From: Candidatus Woesearchaeota archaeon
GTDB taxonomy: Archaea > Nanobdellota > Nanobdellia > Pacearchaeales > GW2011-AR1
Direction: 5' to 3'
Length of the DNA stretch: 45,734 bases
NCBI GenBank assembly: GCA_964494915.1
Contig: CAZBTP010000005.1
Location: 1-45,734 of the forward strand
Numbering within the stretch: position 1 is the first letter of the stretch; each line of letters starts with the position of its first letter. Under the pieces are notes generated by a model that was not told the origin of the DNA, searched no databases, and saw only the letters and a list, made by a program, of their open reading frames with translations. The position numbers and the translations under genes are program-made. This document shows positions 9,319 to 18,280 of this stretch, piece by piece.

Positions 9319-11788
9319 CTGGTTTTCCCGGGCGTGCTTTCCTGGACTTGCCTGTTGGGTCGTGTTTATTTTTGTTATTAGCACTAAAAACTTCAACCTT
9401 CTTACCAACTCTGCCACAAATTTTTTTAGGATCATACATCTCTAATTCTGTAGGAAGGGTATAGACGTAGATCTTCTCTCCCTCTCTGCCTTGTTTTTCT
9501 TTTAAGAGCGTTAATATATTTAATATATCGCGAACTACGCTTTCTATTGCCTCTTCTGCTTTATCAAATCTATCGTTGATTTTTTTCTCATCAACAGAAG
9601 GCCATTCTGCTATGCTTACAAATCCTTTGTTTCCGAGGCGCTCCCACAATTCCTCGGCGAGATGCGGACAAAATGGTGTGAGCACTCTCACGATTCTTCC
9701 CAAATCTTCTTTGTGTATGTTATCTTCCAAACGTTCAAACAAGGCCCGTATTTTTATAACCGCAAAATTATAATCCATATGTTCTAAATCAGCACTCACT
9801 CCTCGTATTGTTTTGTGAATATAGTGTTCTGTCTTCGCGCTACTCTTTTCTAGTTTCACACGACTACAATAACCAATAATCTTCTTCAAAAACTTCCAGC
9901 TTCCTTCTATTCCGGCAGAACTCCACACAAAGTCTTTATCGGGGGAAGCAACAGATACCAGAAACAACCGTAAGGCATCACTTCCGTATCGTGTAATCAT
10001 CTGGAGCGGATCAATGATATTTCCTCGTGATTTCGACATCACAAAACCATCTTCTCCATGCAACATTCCTTGATTAAACAATCGCGGAAACGGCTCATCA
10101 ATCTTTAAAAAACCACAATCACGCAACACCTTCGTAAAAAATCTGGCATAAATTAGATGCATGCACGCATGTTCAGCCCCACCGATATACATATCAACAG
10201 GCATCCAATAATCGACATGCTTCGCTTCAAACGGGTTTTTCTTATTCTTGCTATCGCAATATCTTAGGAAATACCAACTACTATCGAAAAACGTATCCAT
10301 TGTATCTGTCTCTCTTCGCGCAGTTTTTCCGCACTGATGGCATCTTACATTGACAAACGCTTTATTTGTCTCTAGCGGATTTCCCTTCCCAAAAATAACT
10401 TTCTCTGGCAGTAAAACTGGAAGATCCTTTTCAGGTACTGGGACGATACCACAATCATCGCAATAGATTATTGGTATCGGTGTTCCCCAATAACGCTGTC
10501 TTGAGATTAGCCAATCTCTCAATTTGTACTGCACGCTCTTTTTCCCCAGCTTTTTCATCTCTAAGGCAATGGTAATATGTTCCTTCGCTTCCTTACTAAA
10601 CAAGCCATCAAACCCCTCGGAATTAATCAGCATTCCTGCCCCCTCATATGCTTCTTTCATTGTTCTGCTATCGATTTTTTTCCCTTCTGGTTGAATCACC
10701 GCCTTTATCGGGAGCTTGTATCTCTTTGCAAACTCGAAATCTCGTTGATCATGTGCAGGCACAGCCATTACCATACCCGAACCATACTCAGCCAACACAA
10801 AATTCCCCACATATACTGGAAGCTTCTCTCCTGTCAAGGGATGCTCTGCATACGCTCCTGTAAAAATCCCCTCTTTTTCAAGCGCTTCAATATCCTTCTC
10901 TTTCGTTGATTTTATCTTCTTCGTTAAGGCCTTTACTTTCTCGGCCTGTTCTTTCGTTACAATCCTCATTAAATCTGGATGATTCAATGCAAGAACTAAG
11001 AATGTAACCCCGAACAACGTATCCGATCGTGTTGTAAATATAGGCCATGCCTCTTTATTAATCTTAAAAACAATCTCACTTCCCTCGCTTCTCCCAATCC
11101 AATTGCGCTGCATAATCTTTATTCGTTCAGGCCAATCTAGTTTTTCAATATCTCGCAATAATTCTTCAGCATAATCAGTTGTTTTGATAAACCATTGTTC
11201 ACGCTGTTGTATCTCAACCTCTCTTTCAGGATGCCGCCAACATCTTCCATTATGCACTTGTTCATTCGCAAGCACTGTGCTACACGCCCCACACCAGTTT
11301 ACATTCGCCCGCTTCTTATACGCAAGCTCCTTTTTATAAAGTTGTAAGAAGAAATACTGATTCCATCGGTAGTATTCTGGATCAGAAGTGATTAGCATCC
11401 TACTCCAATCGTAGCTTAATCCTAACATATGCTGTTGTCGAATAAAATTCTTTATCGCATTCTCTGTAAATTTCTTCGGATGCTTTCCTTCTTTAATTGC
11501 AGCATTCTCGGCAGGCAATCCAAAAGAATCATATCCCATGGGATACAAAACCGTGAAGCCCTGCATTCGTTTATGCCGAGCGTAGATATCACCAAGCGTA
11601 TAATTAAACGCATGCCCTAGATGCAAACCAGAAGCAGAGGGATATGGAAACATTTCTAATACGTACATCTTCTTTTTTACCTGTTTTCTATCTTCGTGAA
11701 CCTCAAAAACTCTTTCTTTCTCCCATCTCTCTTGCCATTTTTTTTCAATTGATTGAAAATCAATCTCTTCTTTTACTTTCATCATCAC
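9302..11788 (-). CDS. leuS: Leucyl-tRNA synthetase (bacterial-type core, archaeal-type C-terminus)
   Basis: YVLEMFPYPS, HLGH (HIGH), VMSKS, CP1 FTTR...GMVMAVPAHDQRD, DWLISRQRYWGTPIP, C-terminal PGKPAIYIE. Confidence 0.97.
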   Translation of the reverse strand: MMMKVKEEIDFQSIEKKWQERWEKERVFEVHEDRKQVKKKMYVLEMFPYPSASGLHLGHAFNYTLGDIYARHKRMQGFTVLYPMGYDSFGLPAENAAIKEGKHPKKFTENAIKNFIRQQHMLGLSYDWSRMLITSDPEYYRWNQYFFLQLYKKELAYKKRANVNWCGACSTVLANEQVHNGRCWRHPEREVEIQQREQWFIKTTDYAEELLRDIEKLDWPERIKIMQRNWIGRSEGSEIVFKINKEAWPIFTTRSDTLFGVTFLVLALNHPDLMRIVTKEQAEKVKALTKKIKSTKEKDIEALEKEGIFTGAYAEHPLTGEKLPVYVGNFVLAEYGSGMVMAVPAHDQRDFEFAKRYKLPIKAVIQPEGKKIDSRTMKEAYEGAGMLINSEGFDGLFSKEAKEHITIALEMKKLGKKSVQYKLRDWLISRQRYWGTPIPIIYCDDCGIVPVPEKDLPVLLPEKVIFGKGNPLETNKAFVNVRCHQCGKTARRETDTMDTFFDSSWYFLRYCDSKNKKNPFEAKHVDYWMPVDMYIGGAEHACMHLIYARFFTKVLRDCGFLKIDEPFPRLFNQGMLHGEDGFVMSKSRGNIIDPLQMITRYGSDALRLFLVSVASPDKDFVWSSAGIEGSWKFLKKIIGYCSRVKLEKSSAKTEHYIHKTIRGVSADLEHMDYNFAVIKIRALFERLEDNIHKEDLGRIVRVLTPFCPHLAEELWERLGNKGFVSIAEWPSVDEKKINDRFDKAEEAIESVVRDILNILTLLKEKQGREGEKIYVYTLPTELEMYDPKKICGRVGKKVEVFSANNKNKHDPTGKSRKARPGKPAIYIE

Positions 11789-11806
11789 ACAGGGAAAGAG
11801 GATAAT

Positions 11807-12214
11807 TTAAATCTTTTCAATCGCGCTGAGTAAAATCCCGCGTCTCCCATCCTGTGTCTCGCCAGGAAAAATTTCTAATCCTAGAACGCTGTCGCCCCCC
11901 AAATAGAGGGCTCCCTCGGGGACACTCTTCACTCTTTCAGAGGCGATAATCACACACGGTTTGGAGGGATGATCCTTTCGAACCCAGGCGTGTCGAGGTG
12001 TATCGTACTTTCTCAACTGTTTAAAATGATCCTTTCGGACCCAGGCGTGTCTAGGTATGTTATATTTTCTCAACTGTTCAAAATCAATAAGGCACCCAAG
12101 CGAAGAAACAACATTGCCTACATATCGAAAGTCAATGCGTGCGATCCCATGGATCTTATATCGCTTACGTTCTGATTCAGGTAGCGCATAGGCGGGTAAA
12201 CTCATACTATTCAA
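11807..12214 (-). CDS. Hypothetical protein with internal 19-aa duplication
   Basis: FEQLRKYNIPRHAWVRKDH / FKQLRKYDTPRHAWVRKDH. Confidence 0.6.
   Translation of the reverse strand: MNSMSLPAYALPESERKRYKIHGIARIDFRYVGNVVSSLGCLIDFEQLRKYNIPRHAWVRKDHFKQLRKYDTPRHAWVRKDHPSKPCVIIASERVKSVPEGALYLGGDSVLGLEIFPGETQDGRRGILLSAIEKI
11969..12082. repeat. 2 x 57-bp imperfect tandem repeat
   Basis: ATGATCCTTTCG(A/G)ACCCAGGCGTGTC... starts at 11969 and 12026. Confidence 0.9.
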
Positions 12215-12289
12215 TTTTAACGACCGTATTTAAAACTTGCTTGCATCAACCGCCACATTTATATAACAATCTCTCTTCTAAAGGAACAA

Positions 12290-13255
12290 ATGGAAATTGC
12301 GTTCTTTGAAATTCAGGGCTGGGAAAAACCACTCATAGAAAAGACGCTTAAAGGACATACCATTTCATTCTTCAAGGAACCACTCTCAGAAAGAAACATA
12401 AAGGCAGCACGCAACACAGAGATTATTTCGGTGTTCATTTACTCAGAGTTAACAAAAGAACTTATCGCCCAGCTGCCAAATCTGAGACTAATCGTAACAC
12501 GATCAACAGGGTTCGATCACGTTGATATTGAGGAGTGCAAGAAACGGGACATCATCGTTGCAAATGTTCCTCATTACGGTGAGAACACGGTTGCAGAATA
12601 TACCTTCGCCCTTATCTTATCACTTTCGCGAAAAGTCCACCGTGCCTACTTCCATTCACAACGCAACGATTTTTCTGTCCATAATCTAAAAGGTTTTGAT
12701 CTCAAAGGAAAAACCCTTGGTGTTATCGGCACTGGCAGAATCGGAAAACACGTTGTAAAGATAGCAAGAGGTTTCGACATGAATGTCCTCGCTTATGATA
12801 TCTACCCAAACGAAGCAGCAGAGCGCGAACTTGGTTTTACGTACGTTTCGCTCGTAGAGCTTGTCAAAAAATCAGATATAATAACGCTCCATACATTCTA
12901 CACAAAAGAAAACCATCATTTCATCGACAAAAAAGCCTTTTCGTTAATGAAGAAAGGGGCAATTCTCATAAACACTGCCCGCGGACCTCTCGTTGATACA
13001 AAGGCGCTTGTTGATGCGCTCAATAAAAAAATACTCGCAGCAGCTGCGCTCGACGTTCTCGAAGATGAAACCCTCCTTAAAACAGGAAAGCTTACAAAAC
13101 AAGACAAGCAGCTCCTCAAAAACGAAAACGTTATCATCACTCCCCATGTAGCATTCAACACCCAAGAGGCATTAGAACGTATCATGGCGACAACCGTCTC
13201 AATCATAACAGACTTTACTCATAACACGTTAAAAAGAGAGTGCATTGTTACCTAG
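12290..13255 (+). CDS. D-2-hydroxyacid (D-lactate-type) dehydrogenase
   Basis: RSTGFDHVD, GVIGTGRIG, INTARG, LDVLEDE, TPHVAFNT. Confidence 0.93.
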   Translation: MEIAFFEIQGWEKPLIEKTLKGHTISFFKEPLSERNIKAARNTEIISVFIYSELTKELIAQLPNLRLIVTRSTGFDHVDIEECKKRDIIVANVPHYGENTVAEYTFALILSLSRKVHRAYFHSQRNDFSVHNLKGFDLKGKTLGVIGTGRIGKHVVKIARGFDMNVLAYDIYPNEAAERELGFTYVSLVELVKKSDIITLHTFYTKENHHFIDKKAFSLMKKGAILINTARGPLVDTKALVDALNKKILAAAALDVLEDETLLKTGKLTKQDKQLLKNENVIITPHVAFNTQEALERIMATTVSIITDFTHNTLKRECIVT

Positions 13256-13297
13256 TGTGTTATCTGATTACTTTTATGCACTTGTTTGATCTTTTTT

Positions 13298-13393
13298 ATG
13301 TCAAGGAACTTGACGAAAACCGCACCTTTCAGGGTGCGGTAGGTTCCTTGAGCATCCAAAAAACTAACAAACCACACCTTTTAAGGTGTGGTA
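13298..13393. mobile_element. Paired IS200/IS605-end-like hairpins (putative non-autonomous element)
   Basis: ACCGCACC-TTTCAG-GGTGCGGT inside TCAAGGAAC...GTTCCTTGA; second hairpin ACCACACCTT-TT-AAGGTGTGGT. Confidence 0.5.
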
Positions 13394-13413
13394 AAACTCA
13401 AAGTTTTTTTGAT

Positions 13414-13587
13414 ATAGTTCATTTTAATAATGAAAAGATGAAATCGGGAGGATATAGAATGAAAGCAGCGAGTGGTTTAATTGTATTACTTGCGGGTTGT
13501 CCTATTATAGAACCCCCGACTGGTTCAGAATATGATCCTCCTCCGCGTCCTACCATGCCAACAGTGTATAATCCTCCTCCGCCTCCT
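13414..13587 (+). repeat. About 175-bp dispersed repeat, copy 1 (5' flank, signal peptide, Pro-rich linker)
   Basis: Near-identical to 39140-39313. Confidence 0.9.
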
Positions 13588-14163
13588 ATCACCCCAACAC
13601 AACCCCCACGACAGCCCCCAAATATAGAGATCTCTTTCCATAGCACCACAGGCGTGCCAGGATTAAATACAGTTGATCAAATAGAAAACAATCCTCGCGT
13701 TGCAGGAGTCATAAGTGACCTTGAAAGATTGGGATATAACTTCGCGCTCTATAGCGAACCAGCAATCCATCCGCCAAATATAGAAGGGACGTATACACTT
13801 ACTGGCGAGCAAGAAACTCCTTTCCGAGGCGATATTATCCCAGGAACATTTCACTGGAGTAATCAAACACGAGATAACCATATTACAACAAATTATTCAC
13901 AATTCTTCTCCGGGCTTGAACAGAGAGGGGTAAGCACAGCTGGAGAGATAATCCGTGGCACTGGAAATGGCTTTACAGTTTACTCGATAGTTGATGTTTC
14001 ACAAAATAACGGTTGCGATTTCAGAGGAGTTATTATAATGACTGGAGAAATAACAAACGCAAGAAACATAGCTACAGGACTCTATTGCAGTGCGATACTT
14101 GAGCAGGATGCTCAATGCGGGGCAGTTAGTGCAGCAGGAAGCTTTGTATTAGAGCGGGAGTAA
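13438..14163 (+). CDS. Putative lipoprotein with Pro-rich linker
   Basis: LIVLLAGC lipobox; start set at 13438 by alignment with the paralog starting at 39164. Confidence 0.75.
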   Translation: MKSGGYRMKAASGLIVLLAGCPIIEPPTGSEYDPPPRPTMPTVYNPPPPPITPTQPPRQPPNIEISFHSTTGVPGLNTVDQIENNPRVAGVISDLERLGYNFALYSEPAIHPPNIEGTYTLTGEQETPFRGDIIPGTFHWSNQTRDNHITTNYSQFFSGLEQRGVSTAGEIIRGTGNGFTVYSIVDVSQNNGCDFRGVIIMTGEITNARNIATGLYCSAILEQDAQCGAVSAAGSFVLERE

Positions 14164-14266
14164 AAGGCTCTTCGATATATACTATTAGACTTTTACTTTA
14201 AGTGATACATTAACATATATTATAGAACGACATAATGTTTTTTAATGTGTTTATTTATATTGTTTT

Positions 14267-14611
14267 ATGCAAATTGTGGATGTAGCTAAAGAGAGGGCTG
14301 AAAAGGAAGAGATAAGTAAAGGTCTCTATACTAAAGCAATTTCTTTGGCTGATGAAGTATTTGGAAGCGGGCGTATTTCAGGTGGGGGAAGAGGCATACT
14401 CAGCAGTAGAATGTATGATTCAATTTATGTTGATTTTGATAAGGAGAGTTTACCTCTTAGATGCTGTGTTGAAATCAACCTATTAGGAAGACCAGAGATC
14501 AGAGTGCATAATGAAAGCGATTATTCCAACGCTATAAAATTTGGTGAAGAATTTGAAAGAAGATTTGGCGGGGAAGTTACTTTAAAACATAACTATTCTA
14601 ATCGGTCTTGA
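14267..14611 (+). CDS. Hypothetical protein
   Basis: 114-aa ORF with AT-rich promoter-like upstream region. Confidence 0.6.
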   Translation: MQIVDVAKERAEKEEISKGLYTKAISLADEVFGSGRISGGGRGILSSRMYDSIYVDFDKESLPLRCCVEINLLGRPEIRVHNESDYSNAIKFGEEFERRFGGEVTLKHNYSNRS

Positions 14612-14730
14612 TTAGTCTTGAGAAGATCATCTATAAAATCTTGTCTTTTCCTAGATTTCAGAATTCCTATGCGGAGATACTCACCACCAGCGCTAGCTTT
14701 AAATACCTCTCCGACAATCTCCTCTCAACC

Positions 14731-15114
14731 ATGAGATACAAAAAGCAATTAAGCAAAACCAAAATAAAACTAAGAATAAAAAGAAAAACAAACCCTCGCG
14801 TAAGAGAGACACTCGTACTAGCTCTCAAGCATCCTTCGTGGCACAAACTCTCTCAGATTCTCTCGTCATCAACACGAGCCTACGCTGCAAAAAACCTTTT
14901 TGAACTGGACAAACACACAACCGAAGGAGATACGGTAATCGTTCCGGGGAAAGTCCTTAGCCAAGGAGATCTCACAAAAAAGATAAGAATCGCCGCGCTC
15001 TCAATTTCGATAACCGCGAAAGAAAAACTTAAAAAAACAAAATCAGAATTCATTCCTCTCGATGAGGAGATAAAGAAGAACCCAAAAGCAGAGGCAGTAA
15101 AACTCTTACCATGA
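14731..15114 (+). CDS. rpl18e: 50S ribosomal protein L18e
   Basis: RKTNP, VIVPGKVLSQG, AALSIS; true start ATG 14731, TATA TTTAAATA about 30 nt upstream. Confidence 0.93.
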   Translation: MRYKKQLSKTKIKLRIKRKTNPRVRETLVLALKHPSWHKLSQILSSSTRAYAAKNLFELDKHTTEGDTVIVPGKVLSQGDLTKKIRIAALSISITAKEKLKKTKSEFIPLDEEIKKNPKAEAVKLLP

Positions 15115-15524
15115 AACAAGAACAACAGACTATTGTGATAGATGCAACTGATACGGTCCTTGGCAGACTCGCAAGTTATGCAGCAAAACAATCACTGCTC
15201 GGGAAAAAAATCATAATCGTAAATTGTATCAATGCCATTGTAACAGGGAAGCGAGCATCTATCCTAAGAAACTACAAACAGCTCAGACAACGCGGCGGTT
15301 CAAGTCTGAAAGGACCTCATTTTCCAAAGTCTCCTGAGCGAATTATGAAGAGAACAATCAGAGGTATGCTTTCGTACAAACAAGGTCGTGGTCAGAGTGC
15401 ATTTAAACATATTCGGTGTTATAATAATATCCCGCCCGAATATCAATCGTCAGAAAAAATATTACTCAGAGAAGAAAAAAACACACCAACGCTCACTCTC
15501 AATGAAATAAGCACAGAACTTTAA
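15111..15524 (+). CDS. rpl13: 50S ribosomal protein L13
   Basis: VIDATDTVLGRLASYAAK, PERIMKRTIRGML. Confidence 0.97.
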   Translation: MKQEQQTIVIDATDTVLGRLASYAAKQSLLGKKIIIVNCINAIVTGKRASILRNYKQLRQRGGSSLKGPHFPKSPERIMKRTIRGMLSYKQGRGQSAFKHIRCYNNIPPEYQSSEKILLREEKNTPTLTLNEISTEL

Positions 15525-15525
15525 C

Positions 15526-15951
15526 ATGGCAACAAAACAAACACCGAATGAGAAGATAATATTTTCAGGAAAGCGAAAAACAGCAATAGCAAGACTAAGG
15601 CTCAAGCCAGGGACAGGAAAGGTCTTTTACAATTTTCTTCCCGCAACAGAACTCTCGCTCTTCCATAGACTCGCACTCGCGGAACCAATTCGTATTTATG
15701 TTAATGAACTCGGACAACAGCTTACCTGCGATTTTTACATCACCACAACGAGCGGCGGTAAAGAAGCTCAAATCCAAGCAGCCCGTCTTGCACTCGCCCG
15801 CGCCCTCCTTGAGATTACTGGATCAGATGTTCTCAAAAAAGCCTTTATTAAATACGACAGAAACATGATTGTCCCAGACTCGCGGAGAAAAGAGACCAGA
15901 AAACCAGGAGACTCGAAGGCACGAGCAAAGAGACAAAAGTCCTTCCGTTAG
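15526..15951 (+). CDS. rps9: 30S ribosomal protein S9
   Basis: SGKRKTAIAR, D.RRKE, ARAKRQKSFR. Confidence 0.97.
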   Translation: MATKQTPNEKIIFSGKRKTAIARLRLKPGTGKVFYNFLPATELSLFHRLALAEPIRIYVNELGQQLTCDFYITTTSGGKEAQIQAARLALARALLEITGSDVLKKAFIKYDRNMIVPDSRRKETRKPGDSKARAKRQKSFR

Positions 15952-16038
15952 TTCTTGAAAGGAGACTATTATATTACCTGTTATCTTTACAGAAGCAGAT
16001 GTCAGAATATTTAAAAAGAAAAGTCTCTTCTATGAATA

Positions 16039-17733
16039 ATGAAAAGAGGTATAGGAATTCTCGTTCTCGCAATTATATCACTCGCGCTTCTCTATGCTCC
16101 TCAATCAGAAACCACCACGCCCCTCGGACTTTCGTGCGCTAAAAAACCTATTCCTCAACAGCCAACAACTCAACTAACATCTGGTCAACCAGTGTCTGGT
16201 TTCTGTTTCTCGTTGGAAACACAGGAGATCATACCCGCAACAACACCAACACAAGAGGTTCCAGTAGATTATTACTATGAAAATATACGCACGCTCGGCT
16301 GGCGATTTAACGTTGACAGCGAAGGAGCACGAGTTAAAGGGCCAGAACTAAAAATTCTCTCTAAAACAATCACACTTCCACTCTGGGCAGTAGAAGCAAG
16401 TGGTTCAGACCAAAACTGTAGGTATTACTCCTTCCTCTACCAACGCCAAGCACAAGGCTTCAACTTTGATCTGCCATTTGCAAAAACTGAATTTTCCGAT
16501 TATGATGGAGACGGAAAAGACGAAAGAATCTGCTACTACTCCACAGAACCAATAGCAAGAGATCTATTAGAAATAGCTGCACTTAGCGGTCAACTTGATA
16601 TAGATCTTAACAATCCCTGTCCTGAGATCAGAGGCAAACCTATTGAAAGTGATCAACCGTGTTCTCAAGCAGAACAATGTAGCATTCATGTGCCTCGCGG
16701 TGAGATCCAATACTTTGGCTTTACATTCGAAAAAGACGCTTGTGGTAACCGCCTCGTGAAAGTAGATAATAATGGACAGGCTATTCGTAACAATGATTTA
16801 AAGCGACAGGCGAATACCTTCTTAGTACAATGTAAACAAAAATATACTGCGACACAGCCCCGACAGCCAGAACCAGAGTGTCCAACAGATGAGATCGACC
16901 TGGGAAGAATATATGTTGAGGCTCATGTTGATGTTGTTGAAGCAGACGTAGATCCTGCAACAAAGACATTATTGTGGGAGAAGAAGGTTGATGATAACAA
17001 GCGAGATATTGCGATAACAAAGGTAACGACAAATGCAAAATTTGTACCAACTGTTGATACAAATGGGAAGAAACTTATGGCCCCGCAATTCGAGACGATA
17101 GTAGACTATCAAAAGAAAGAGTTTGAAGGAGGAACTAGATTTTTGGGTGCTATTTTCGGATTTCCGCTTGATGACTTATATCTCGCAAATTTCAAGGTAG
17201 TGAAGGGTATTCAGAGGAAGTTAAGTGAATCTGGGCTTAATATTAATCTTATCCCATTCGCATGTGAAAGAGAGGGTGTGGGTTGTAAAAGTGTTGCAGT
17301 TACTCTGAGTAATGATCCTCAAGAGATTGATAATGAAGCAAGATTAGGTTCTGTATCAAAGATAGAAAATCAAAAGACTGTAATAAAACTATGGCGATTA
17401 GATGGAAAGAACTACCTAGAGATCCAGCCAAAAAATGGAAATTTCCCAACACAAGAAATCTCTGATCAGAGTGCAATTGAGATCTTCAGGCGTTTTGTGA
17501 CAGAACGTGATGCTAGTATTGACAAAAGTTGGGAAACTATTGGTAGGCTTGGTGTAATCACATCAGAAAACAAGAATATAATAACAATCTTTAGTCCGAC
17601 TTTTGCAGGGGATGGAAAAACTATACTAAAAGACAAATGGAAAAGAATAACAATAACAAAAAATATAGAAGGAAGATTTAACGAAGAACGTAAACAAGAG
17701 ATTCTAAACTCAGCGTGTATAATAGGAAAATAA
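16039..17733 (+). CDS. Secreted Cys-containing hypothetical protein
   Basis: Signal peptide MKRGIGILVLAIISLALL; DYDGDGKDE Ca-loop-like motif. Confidence 0.8.
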   Translation: MKRGIGILVLAIISLALLYAPQSETTTPLGLSCAKKPIPQQPTTQLTSGQPVSGFCFSLETQEIIPATTPTQEVPVDYYYENIRTLGWRFNVDSEGARVKGPELKILSKTITLPLWAVEASGSDQNCRYYSFLYQRQAQGFNFDLPFAKTEFSDYDGDGKDERICYYSTEPIARDLLEIAALSGQLDIDLNNPCPEIRGKPIESDQPCSQAEQCSIHVPRGEIQYFGFTFEKDACGNRLVKVDNNGQAIRNNDLKRQANTFLVQCKQKYTATQPRQPEPECPTDEIDLGRIYVEAHVDVVEADVDPATKTLLWEKKVDDNKRDIAITKVTTNAKFVPTVDTNGKKLMAPQFETIVDYQKKEFEGGTRFLGAIFGFPLDDLYLANFKVVKGIQRKLSESGLNINLIPFACEREGVGCKSVAVTLSNDPQEIDNEARLGSVSKIENQKTVIKLWRLDGKNYLEIQPKNGNFPTQEISDQSAIEIFRRFVTERDASIDKSWETIGRLGVITSENKNIITIFSPTFAGDGKTILKDKWKRITITKNIEGRFNEERKQEILNSACIIGK

Positions 17734-18195
17734 CTACTCTTTGTAAGGTTCGCGACAGAATCTTTCGCTCTTTTTTATAATCCTTTTCTTTTCCGTGTCA
17801 TTGATGTAAACTCCTTCATAGAGTTTTTTCCCGGAGACAATAAGATATAGTTCAAACATGCCCTCTAATGGAACATATCTCCATGGTTCTGTCTTAATTG
17901 TTCTCCCTTTATTCGTAATATAGATTGTTATCTCTTCATCCCGAGCATTTTTTACATGTGGAACAACTATAATATCGCCATTAAGGCTTCTACGAACGTC
18001 AGCATCTTTCACTCTCTGCCCGGCTATTCTTATCCTATTCTGTAGCCACGATAAGCCGCTTTCCCTTTCAATACGATCAACTACCCACATCGCCTTGTAA
18101 GGATCTTCTTTGGCGAGTCTATAGGTAGAATAAAGACTAGATAAAAGTAATCCTAAACCTCCACACAGCATACTCCTTCTCGTGTTCTTCTCCAT
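17734..18195 (-). CDS. Hypothetical protein with N-terminal anchor
   Basis: 153 aa, TRR followed by a hydrophobic stretch. Confidence 0.6.
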   Translation of the reverse strand: MEKNTRRSMLCGGLGLLLSSLYSTYRLAKEDPYKAMWVVDRIERESGLSWLQNRIRIAGQRVKDADVRRSLNGDIIVVPHVKNARDEEITIYITNKGRTIKTEPWRYVPLEGMFELYLIVSGKKLYEGVYINDTEKKRIIKKSERFCREPYKE

Positions 18196-18280
18196 GTATA
18201 TTTGATGTAGCGATGATATTTAAATCTTTCTGATGTAACTACTAATCAGTAGCATGTGGAAAAGGATAAAAATGAATCCT

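Noticed and set aside
13240-13437. 66-aa N-terminal extension of the lipoprotein ORF
   Set aside because: It runs through the hairpin element, and the paralog at 39164 fixes the start at 13438.
8315-14677. 10-bp direct repeat TATGCGGAGA (tRNA 3' end and 14668) as attL/attR of a tRNA-integrated island
   Set aside because: It lies on the wrong side of the tRNA for a 3'-end duplication, is only 10 bp, and the interval contains essential leuS.
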